Part shown: piece after piece, positions 19,771 to 29,200 of the stretch
How positions within the stretch are numbered: position 1 is the first letter of the stretch
Layout of the letters: the number at the start of each line of letters is the position of its first letter
NCBI GenBank assembly: GCA_047456315.1
Contig: CP179889.1
Span: 576,776 to 640,775 of the forward strand
Direction of reading: 5' to 3'
From: Candidatus Nealsonbacteria bacterium
Lineage (GTDB): Bacteria; Patescibacteriota; Minisyncoccia; Minisyncoccales; JANBVM01
DNA: 64,000 nt
The notes under the pieces: generated by a model
The model's database searches: none
What the model saw: the letters and a program-made list of their open reading frames with translations, nothing else
Told to the model about the DNA's origin: nothing
Program-made: the position numbers and the translations under genes

Positions 19771-20607
19771 TTATACTAAATTAAAATCTAATAACTGACC
19801 TTTTGAATAAGCTTCGACTAATTTTTTCGAATAAGGAATTTCTTTTTTAATTTCGGTATTAAATTCTTTAGCGATTTTTTCAATTTCTGTTTTAATTCCC
19901 AAATCAGCTTGATTTAAAACTATTTTAGCTGGCACTTTAAGTTTTTGGCACAAATCTAAAATCAAACTTAAATCATGAGCGCCCATTGGAGTGGGTTCAG
20001 TAACAACGTAAGCTAGATCACAATCCAAAAGGGCAGAAATTACCGGGCAATGAGTGCCAGCAGCTGTATCAAACAGAATAAAATCTGGTTTAATTTTTTT
20101 TACTAAATTGGAGACAAATTTCTTAGTTTGAGTTACTACAGGCCCTGTCTCCTCAAGACCTGGCTTAGCAAGACCAGTCACTAGCCAGTAATCTTTTTTA
20201 ATCTTATTCAAAAAAATCTGGCCAGTTTGCTCCTTTTTCGGTTGAATGGCTTTATGCGGACATACTATCCAGCAAGCTCCGCAAGCTGAACATAAATCTT
20301 TAAGAAATAAAGGATATTTCCCTGAAGCTTGAAATATGGCATTACTACGACAAGTACTAACACATAATCCGCACTTTTGACATTTTGCTTTGTTTAATGT
20401 CGGAAATTCAGCCATTACTTTTTGCCGGGGCTTCTTTAATTTCTGACTCAGAAGCAAATAATCATTTGGACATTCAACGTCGCAATCACAAAGAATAACT
20501 TTTTTGTTTTCTCTAGCAAGTTTATTCGCTAATAAAATGGCAACGGTGGATTTTCCTACGCCTCCTTTTCCGCCTGTAACAGCGATTCTTTTAATTTTCT
20601 TTTTCAT
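19771..20607 (-). CDS. MinD/ParA-superfamily P-loop ATPase with inserted ferredoxin domain (paralog)
   Basis: GGKGGVGKST Walker A; CQKCGLCVSTC and CSACGACWIVCP motifs. Confidence 0.8.
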   Translation of the reverse strand: MKKKIKRIAVTGGKGGVGKSTVAILLANKLARENKKVILCDCDVECPNDYLLLSQKLKKPRQKVMAEFPTLNKAKCQKCGLCVSTCRSNAIFQASGKYPLFLKDLCSACGACWIVCPHKAIQPKKEQTGQIFLNKIKKDYWLVTGLAKPGLEETGPVVTQTKKFVSNLVKKIKPDFILFDTAAGTHCPVISALLDCDLAYVVTEPTPMGAHDLSLILDLCQKLKVPAKIVLNQADLGIKTEIEKIAKEFNTEIKKEIPYSKKLVEAYSKGQLLDFNLV

Positions 20608-21832
20608 CTTTTCTCTTAATTTCTTCTAGAATATTATCTAGATTTTTCTCCGAAGAAATTATTTCAACTTCAATGCCAAAGTTTTCTAAATTTTGCTTGG
20701 CATTAGAACCAATCTGTTTTGTAAAAACTTTATCTGCTCTTACTGCTTTGGCAAATCTTGCTCCGCGGGGATGCTTTTCTTCGAAATAAGGATTCTTAAT
20801 AATCTCTTTTGTTAAAATGTTTTTATCTTTCTTGTCCAGAACTAAATATTTATTCACCCCAAAAAGAGCACTAATTTTCTCTTCTTCAAGAGGAATAATA
20901 ATCCTTTCTCCTAATTTCTTAGGGCCGATTTGTTCAAAACCCTCAAGTACCCCTATTTTCTTTCCTAATTTAGGCAGAATAATGCTCTTTGCCATTTCAT
21001 AGGCTTCAATGGAAATAACTATTTGTTTTAGTTCTGGAATATTTTTGAGCAATCTTTCTTCTAAAACATTGATTATTTTCTGAACATCTTCAACTTTTAA
21101 TTTTGGAGGAAGTTTAATTTTAATTTCAGCAAAATTAGCTGCTCCAATTTTTCTGGTTTTTAATTGAGAGATTTCTATTTTATGAGAAAGGCATATCTTT
21201 CTAATTCTCTCTTCTACATCCTTATTAGCCACATCTAATAAAGAATCAGTAATTTCTCTTCCTATTTGAAATGCTTGATAAAGAATATAACCACCAATAA
21301 ATAAAGCAATTATGGCATCAGCTAAATTAAAATATCTAACTAAACCAAGCCCCACTAAAACACCGATTGAACTAATTACATCTGCCCTTGAATGCTCAGC
21401 ATCAGCCACCAGGGCTAAGCTTTGGTACTTTCTTCCGTAATGAAATTTTAATCTGGCTAAAATTTCAGTAATTAAAATAGAAATAATTATTACAACTATT
21501 GCTCCAACGCTGAGTTTAACTATTTTTTCTTCAAAAAACCTCATCACTGCTTCATACAAAATCCAAATACCGGAAACTGCTAAAAGTATTGTTACTAAAA
21601 AACCAGCCAAGCTCTCTGCTTTCCAATATCCATAGGGATGCTTTTCATCAACTGGCTTTCTAGCTGTCCTTAATCCTAAAAAAATAACAAAAGAAGAAAA
21701 AACATCTAAACTAGAATCTATTCCATCTGCAATTAAAGCTACACTGCCAGTTAAGAAACCGAAGACCAGCTTAGATATTCCTAAGCCAAGATTCACAAAA
21801 GTACTAATTATTGAAACAGATTGAGGATTCAT
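20591..21832 (-). CDS. Cation diffusion facilitator (CDF) transporter fused to a C-terminal NifX/NifB-like domain
   Basis: Six TM helices with the ADGIDSSLD and HSRADVISS metal sites, then a cytoplasmic CDF domain. A further ~110 aa resembles the following NifX-like protein. Confidence 0.75.
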   Translation of the reverse strand: MNPQSVSIISTFVNLGLGISKLVFGFLTGSVALIADGIDSSLDVFSSFVIFLGLRTARKPVDEKHPYGYWKAESLAGFLVTILLAVSGIWILYEAVMRFFEEKIVKLSVGAIVVIIISILITEILARLKFHYGRKYQSLALVADAEHSRADVISSIGVLVGLGLVRYFNLADAIIALFIGGYILYQAFQIGREITDSLLDVANKDVEERIRKICLSHKIEISQLKTRKIGAANFAEIKIKLPPKLKVEDVQKIINVLEERLLKNIPELKQIVISIEAYEMAKSIILPKLGKKIGVLEGFEQIGPKKLGERIIIPLEEEKISALFGVNKYLVLDKKDKNILTKEIIKNPYFEEKHPRGARFAKAVRADKVFTKQIGSNAKQNLENFGIEVEIISSEKNLDNILEEIKRKDEKEN

Positions 21833-21850
21833 AAATAATGAAAAGGGTTT

Positions 21851-22267
21851 TTATCTTTTCCCTCTCCTTTTATTTCTAAAACGTTTTCTTTGATCGAATC
21901 GTGGTCTAGAAGCAGGACGACAAGGCACTGCCTCTGTTGTTTCTTTAAGTTTTCCCTTTTGATACTCTGTAACAGCATCTCGCACGCTCATTGCTGGGCT
22001 ACTAAGAAAAACCTTTATTCCAGAACTGCTTAAAGCTAAAGAAGCGTTAGGTCCAATATTTCCAGTGATCACCACTTTAACTTTTTCCTTAGCTACAATT
22101 TCAGCAGCTGTAACACCAGCACCCCGCATTGCCTGCACCCCAGTATTTTTAATTACCTTAATCAGTTCTCCTTTATCATCAACAATCAAAAAATAAACTG
22201 CTCGGCCAAATCGAGGATCTAAAGGTGTATCTAAATTATTACCAGTAGCACTAATACAAATTTTCAT
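21851..22267 (-). CDS. NifX/NifB-like (dinitrogenase FeMo-cofactor-binding fold) protein with basic tail
   Basis: MKICISATGNNLDTPLDPRFGRAVYFLIVD... is the typical opening of this family. R/K-rich C-terminus. Confidence 0.7.
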   Translation of the reverse strand: MKICISATGNNLDTPLDPRFGRAVYFLIVDDKGELIKVIKNTGVQAMRGAGVTAAEIVAKEKVKVVITGNIGPNASLALSSSGIKVFLSSPAMSVRDAVTEYQKGKLKETTEAVPCRPASRPRFDQRKRFRNKRRGKR

Positions 22268-22272
22268 AAATT

Positions 22273-22488
22273 TTATTTAGATCTAGTCATTGAACTGCCA
22301 CATTGAGGGCATTTATGATTATAACAAGGCACTCCTCTTCTGTGAGGAGTTTTTGTCCTGCACTCAGGACAGATACATTCTCCTCCGGGCCCTAAACCAA
22401 AACCGCTTGGTTGTCGGCCTCGACCACCTCTTCCAGGCGCTCTAAATCTACCGCCAGGAGGAACTGAGGGAATTCTTTTATTCGGCAT
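22273..22488 (-). CDS. Arg/Gly-rich zinc-ribbon protein
   Basis: CICPEC...CPQC four-Cys ribbon after an RGG-like N-terminus. Confidence 0.5.
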   Translation of the reverse strand: MPNKRIPSVPPGGRFRAPGRGGRGRQPSGFGLGPGGECICPECRTKTPHRRGVPCYNHKCPQCGSSMTRSK

Positions 22489-22489
22489 A

Positions 22490-22753
22490 TTACTTTTTCT
22501 TTTTGGTTTCTAACTCCTTTAATCTCTCTCCAATAGACTTCATTTCTTCTTTTAAGTCTTTTAAGTCTTCAATTAATATCTCTTTTTCTTCTTCTCTTGT
22601 TATTTCTGGTATAAAAGGATCATAATTCCAACCCCATCCACGACCTCTTCTTAGACCTCTGCCCCATCCAAAACCTCTTCCTATACAAGGTCCCCATCCC
22701 CAACCAGCACCTGGTCCGTAACCAAAAGGTCCTCTTCCATTAAATCTTGGCAT
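22490..22753 (-). CDS. DUF5320-like protein
   Basis: Gly/Trp/Arg-rich N-terminus (MPRFNGRGPFGYGPGAGWGWG) followed by a short coiled coil (EEEKEILIEDLKDLKEEMKSIGERLKELE). Confidence 0.6.
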   Translation of the reverse strand: MPRFNGRGPFGYGPGAGWGWGPCIGRGFGWGRGLRRGRGWGWNYDPFIPEITREEEKEILIEDLKDLKEEMKSIGERLKELETKKKK

Positions 22754-22818
22754 AGTATTATTTTATTAAATTAATAATTATTGACAATCCCGGCCTTTTT
22801 AAATGACTGCCTATTATG

Positions 22819-22847
22819 AATATATACCCATAACTATAGCTTGTCAA
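22819..22847 (-). promoter_or_regulatory. Sigma70-type promoter of the DUF5320...DUF134 operon
   Basis: Minus strand reads TTGACA - 17 nt - TATATT, about 65 nt upstream of the ATG at 22753. Confidence 0.45.
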
Positions 22848-22908
22848 TAACAATTATCAACAATTAAAAAACCGGTTGAAACCAGTAAAAATAGAGGTAA
22901 AAACGAAA

Positions 22909-23172
22909 CTATCTTCTATTTTTCCTATTCCTGTGATTATTCATATTATCAGACATTTTTTTAAAAGTATTTTCCAGGTTCACCCTATCAGCAATCATCT
23001 CCCCTATTATTGCAAAGGGAATTGCAATTGCCACTATAATTCCAATCATTCTTGGCGTGATTGAAGCTCCTGTTGTTAATTTAATAGCAATAATATCCTC
23101 AGTTATTCCAATTAAAATTCCGAAAAGCAGGAATTCAAACATTACTTCTAATTTTTTCCACTTTGAAACCAT
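22909..23172 (-). CDS. Small two-TM membrane protein
   Basis: ORF with two hydrophobic helices and a basic tail; no family recognised. Confidence 0.4.
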   Translation of the reverse strand: MVSKWKKLEVMFEFLLFGILIGITEDIIAIKLTTGASITPRMIGIIVAIAIPFAIIGEMIADRVNLENTFKKMSDNMNNHRNRKNRR

Positions 23173-23222
23173 AATATTCTTATTTTATCAAGAAAAACAT
23201 TTCAAATAAAATACAAAACTTG

Positions 23223-26200
23223 TTATTTTAAGATTCTTTGCCAAAAGCTTTTAAGCTCTAGCTTAATATTAAAATGAATCGGCTCTCCCTCTCTTACCTC
23301 AAACGCTTCTGATTGATAGCCTTCATAATCAAGCTGCTCTACCTTTATATAATATTTCCCTTCTGGCACTAAAAATGAATACTGTCCAGTTTGATCAGTA
23401 ATTTGAGGATTTTTCTGATCATAGCTTTCTGCTGGCCAAAGAATATAGCCATCTGTAGATTTATCAAATACAAACAAACTGGCTTTGGCTCCCTTTATAC
23501 GAAGCTCACCTCTTTTAAGCTGTTCATAGATATATCCTTCAGGATCAACAAGCACAATCTTTTCCACACTCTTTTCTGTTCCATCAATAAAATTAATATC
23601 AACTCCTAACTTATACTCTCCTGTTACTGGAGGCATATATAAAATAGCTTTGAAAAATCCTTTTTCATCAGGTCCTTCAAACTTAAAGCTTTGGATTTCA
23701 TATGTTTTTGCAAAAACACTGGCCGCAGAAACCTTAGAGATGAAAGGCAGATAAAATGTGTGTTTTAATTCTATTTGAGAAGTTTTCTCAAAGTATAAAA
23801 ATCCTTTTAATGTTGAAATTGGTTTTGAGGGTTTAATAAACACAGCAATCTCTTTACCAGCAATAACATGGGCTCGCTTATCAATTAAATCAAGATCAAT
23901 ATTACCAAAAGCACTGCGCACCATAATAGTGTCTATTCTCACAATTTCAGGTGATACAGAAGGTTGAGGCACAGCTCTTTTTTTGACCACTTTTTCTTCT
24001 AATAATAATTTTTCTTGCAACGGGATTTGTAAGTAAGTCTGGTATGACTTTAACTGACGAATTGGTAGATCAGAAAAATAAGCTGCTCTGTCAATTATTA
24101 AATTAATGCCTTGATCTACCACTTTTATAACTTGGTGTGAAAACTGTGTTATTTTTCTTGTGTTTTCTTGAACTTGTTTGATTATATTTTTAATCACTGA
24201 ATCTCTTGATTCTTTAATTTCAGAGATTGTTGAACTAATTCCCTTGTCTACTGTTTTTATAGTTTGACGTGAAAATTCTGTTACACTTTTTGTAGTCTCT
24301 TGGGTTCTCTCAGCTATATTTTCAAAAGATTCGCCGACAAAATCAGTTATATTATCAATTATTTCAGATGTTTTTATAATTACATCTTGAGTTGTTTCAA
24401 TAATTTCTTTCCCTAGTTCTTTTAAAACTTGAGGTGCTTCTATTTCAATGGGAGGAAATAAAGGTTCTGGTAAAACAACAGGGGGTTCTGGAATCTCTGG
24501 AAGTATTGGAACAGGCAAAGGCTCTTCGATTTCTGGTTCAGGTAAAATCTGCTTTTGAAGCTCTTCTTGAAGTCGCAATATTTCTTTTTGAATATTTATA
24601 ATTCTAATTTTCAAATCTGCAATTAAAAGATCTATAATTATAGGAGACGGAATTTCTTCTTCAGGTTCAGGCGGCGCTTCGCCTGATGGATGCGTCGGCG
24701 CTGGAGCTGTAACTTCGGGAACTTCCTCTTCTTCTCCTGTCAAGGTAAAACTTTTGCTATTGGAGTCATAATTATTAGAGCGAACTATTATATTACCAGA
24801 AGAAGCGTCATCTGGAATTTCGATAGTAATAGACGTATCTGTCCAGACAGAAATCTTGCTGTCTTCAACTAAGACCCCATTAATAGTGATTTTATCGCTG
24901 GAGCTTGCCCTGTTGCCTTGTTCTGGACAAGTTCCTGATTGACAAAAATGATTTCCTGAAATTACAACTGATTCTCCAGCTTGAGCAGAACTGGGACTAA
25001 GACTGGTAATTCTGGGAAGAATTCTAAAATTAGTCCAGTTGTCTGCTTTGCTGTCAGAAGAGCGAGTAAGAACAATATTGCCTGTATAGCTATTATCACT
25101 GATGCTGGTAGGAATTCTTATTGCAATAGCAGTATCAGCCCAGGAATTAACTGTAGCGCTTTCTCCTAACACAGTAATTATTCCTGTTGAATCAGCAAAT
25201 CTATTGCCATTAATCGTTATTATGCCATCGCTGTCTGACGAAGAATATTCTCTAGCTGCATTAGTTATTTGAGGCGTGGTTAAAGAAGTAATATCAGGAT
25301 AAATATAAAAAGTTAAGAGCGAAGAATCATCAACGGCATTAGCTCTGACTATTAGACCATTGCTATTACTTCCGCCAAAAACATTGATATCTGGGGCAAT
25401 AGTAAAAGTGATATTTGTTGAATTCCAGGAAGAAACATCATCGCAAGAAATAGAATAAGAACCAATTTTTACTTTACTTTGCGGCGAACTGCAAGAAGAG
25501 CCAAAATTAGATCCAGAAACAGTAATCTGCTGGTTAATACGTCCTCCATCAGTTAATCCAGGCTCAGTATCATTAGTAAATGAAGTAGCGTCAGGACCAG
25601 AAACCGTGATTAGTTTTGGATATTGAGTGTAAACAGATAAAGCGGTTCCATCTGCCTTGACCATCTTAAAACAATAAGTAGTTGAAGCACTAGCTCCATT
25701 ATCTTCTACTACCCAGTCCCATTCTCCTTTCTCACCTATTTCAATAGCGACAGGATTAGATAAAGAGTTATTTTCTTCTTCATAGGTCTCTAGTTTATTG
25801 GTCTGAGAATCTAATAAGGAGGATGTGATACTAGCTCCATCAGCAGGAGTAGTATTGTTGTATCCACGCCAGATGGTTCCACTTGATATTGCTCCTGTAT
25901 CATACCAGTTAAGACCTGAATCACATGTAGCAGTTGTTGAAGCGTACTGGAGTTTAAATGCTTGAGTAGAAGTAGCTAAAGATGATGAAGCTATCTGAAT
26001 AGATGTTCTGATTCTTAAAACATCATTAGTAGCTACATTGGTAATAGCAGTGTTTTCATCAGCTTTAGGAGTTGTTGGCTGGATATTGTCAATGTTGTCA
26101 TAGAAACGGTAGTAGTTCTGAATAAGAGTGGTGCTGGCTGTGGTTAGCTTTGGATAGTTGGTGTAGGTATTAAGAACACTATCATCTGACTTAACCATTC

Positions 26201-29200
26201 TAAAGCAGTAATCAGTATTGGCTATTGCTCCATTATCTTCTACTACCCAGTCCCATTCTCCTTTCTCACCTATTTCAATAGCAACAGGATTAGATAAAGA
26301 GTTATTTTCTTCTTCATAAGTCTCTAGTTTATTGGTCTGAGAATCTAATAAGGAGGATGTGATACTAGCTCCATCAGCAGGAGTAGTATTGTTGTATCCT
26401 CTCCAGATGGTTCCACTTGATATTGCTCCTGTATCATACCAGTTAAGACCTGAATCACATGTAGCAGTTGTTGAAGCGTATTGGAGTTTAAATGCTTGAG
26501 TAGAAGTAGCTAAAGATGATGAAGCTATCTGAATATTCATCCTGAGTCTTAAAACATCATTAGTAGCTACATTGGTAATAGCAGTGTTTTCATCAGCTTT
26601 AGGAGTTGTTGGCTGGATATTGTCAATGTTGTCATAAAAGCGGAAATCTTTTTGCGTAAAGGTAATAGGAGTAATAAAAACTACATTAATATAATCAGCT
26701 TTTAAGGTCTGGTTTCCTGATGCCTGATAGACTCTAATATAAACCCAATTGCTAGCATCATAATAATAGCCAGGATTGGTATCTATGGTGGCTTCTAAAA
26801 GAAAATCTGTGTTAGCGCTGCAAGTAGTATTAGTAGCCAAGTTGTCCCAACTACTAGAGTTGGAGTTATAAGCCTGAAGATAGACAGTATTGATATCGCA
26901 AGCTACTGTGGTCTGACCATCCCAATCAATATCAATATCATCAGTATTATTGGTATGTTTTTCAGCAAAGAGAAAAATTGGATAAGCTGAACTGCTGGTA
27001 GCTGGGTCATAACTACTATCATCTGTGGCAACGGCTGTATAACCTGTATCATCTAAATAATAAGTTAAATCTGATTCATCAATGGGAAGAGACCCTTGGC
27101 TTGTTTTGGAATATCGCTTAGTTACTGAAGAAACAATGGATAACTGACCATAGCTGGAGTAATTGTCTAAAATTTGGGTATCAGTGTTGTTATAAAGTCG
27201 TAAACAGTAACTAGTGTTTTCTGCAGCATTAGATGTCTCAATCATAAAACCAAACTCAGTGTTATAATCAATATCAAGAGTATGAGCAGAGCTAGTGGAG
27301 ACGTTTTCATGCCATGTCCCATTAGTAAAACCAGTACACCCATCATCACAAGAACTGGTAGTGTCAGTAACAGCAGCACTAATAGCATCTCCGTTTACTC
27401 CAGCCAGACCAAGAGAATAAGAAATGGCTGTAGTACCGGTGGCATCATACCAGGTCTCAGCTGCTGAACATCCAGTTCCGAAAGTTTTAAACTGAAGCTT
27501 GTAAACTTTGCTTGTAGCAGCAGCAGTTCCAGTATTGTCTAATTGAACCCTCCAGATAGCCCTCTCTCCTTTTTCCATTGTTAAAGAAGTGTCAGCATTA
27601 GCAGAATTAGTGTTTGAATTGACATTTGCTCCATTATCATTCTGCCAACGGTAAGAACGTTGGTTGAGAATCGGGCTAACTAGCGTATAAGTAATTCTCA
27701 CTGGTATCCAATCATAAGAATTTGTTCCTGGACCACCCTGTTGATCATGTCTTACCCTTACCCTAAAGTTAGTATTATTTAATTTTGTATCATCCCAAGT
27801 AGTAGCAGAAGTAAAATCCCAATAAACTACAGTTTCACCATTACAATCACTTAATGCTGAACTTACTTGCTCAGCGCTCCAGTTACTTCCTCCTCCATCC
27901 CAGGAAACTGAAATTGCTATTTTCTCGTCTCCGCACGCTTCGTAACCAACTTCTACTTTATCAATACTATTACCCGATAATGAAATATTATAATCGTAAT
28001 AATCATGAGAATCATCATTCGGTAATGAAGTGGCATAACTATCGTTTGAACTATAAGCATTGATTGGATCAGTAAAACCACCCACTACTGCTGCATTGTT
28101 GGTGGGACTATAAACTGTTTCAGCAGCTTTTACTTTTTGCGACTCTGACCTAAAATTAAAAATTGGCCCCATAAAGGAAAGAATAAGCACAACAATCAAA
28201 ACCAGCGAAACAATCTGTTTTGAAGAAATTTCATACTTGATTTGTTCTGGCCATATTCTTTTTATCGTTAACGTGCTTTTCTGAAATATTTCTTTAGCTT
28301 TTACAACACCTTCAATATAGTTACTGAACGCGCCTGATATTTTCCCGTCTATTTTCTGAATTCCCTGCTTAACGCTTACTCCTAGCTCGTTTTGATACCA
28401 TTCAATAAAATCCATAAAACCCAGCACTCTTTCTCCAGTTGAGTTCAATGCTTTTTTAAAAACCTGTTTTTCATCATTGCAAATTTCAAATAGTAATTTT
28501 CTATAATAAACAAGCAGTGCTTTGGTCTTTATTTTTATTCTTTCTTTTTTGTAAACAATCCTGTGCCAAAATCTAATTTTTAAAAGTTTAAAATGTATTT
28601 TAAATTTAAATAATTTTAAGTTTATGTTTTTGAAAATGAAAGCAAGAAGTTGCCTTCTGTGATTTATTTCACTCTTCAGCAACTTCTTTTTTTCTTCAAA
28701 TGAAAATATGAATGATTTGTAATTTTTTAAAAATATTTTTTTATTTTCTTTTTTAAATAAAAATAAATATTTTTTAATTTCTTTTTCTGTTTTAATTCTT
28801 TCTTTTATGAATTCTTTTTTGTACTTGCTAAATTCATACCTTATAATTTTTATTTTTTTACTGGTAAAACGAATTGTTAAAGATCTTTGTTTCAACAAAG
28901 ATCTTTCTAATATTTTAAATCTTTTTTGATAATCACAAGTATATTTTTTGGATAGTTTTTTATACTCATGAATATAATCAGAAATCGCTTTTTTAGCTTT
29001 ATTTTTGATTAAATTTGCTTTTTTAGGTGCTTTATTAAAAACAGCTTGGAAAAACAATTTTTCCATTTCTTTTTGATAGCTTTCAAAAAAATCAATAAGT
29101 TTTAATGCTCCGTTCCCAATAGAATTAAACAGATTTTTAAAAACCTGTTTTTCATCATTAATAATTTCGATAAATAAATTTTTATATTTTATTAAGAAAT

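Noticed and set aside
25600-26700. Direct repeats that might be mistaken for a CRISPR array or a mobile-element terminus.
   Set aside because: There are two 534-nt units only, in frame, inside a continuous ORF. This is a coding tandem duplication.
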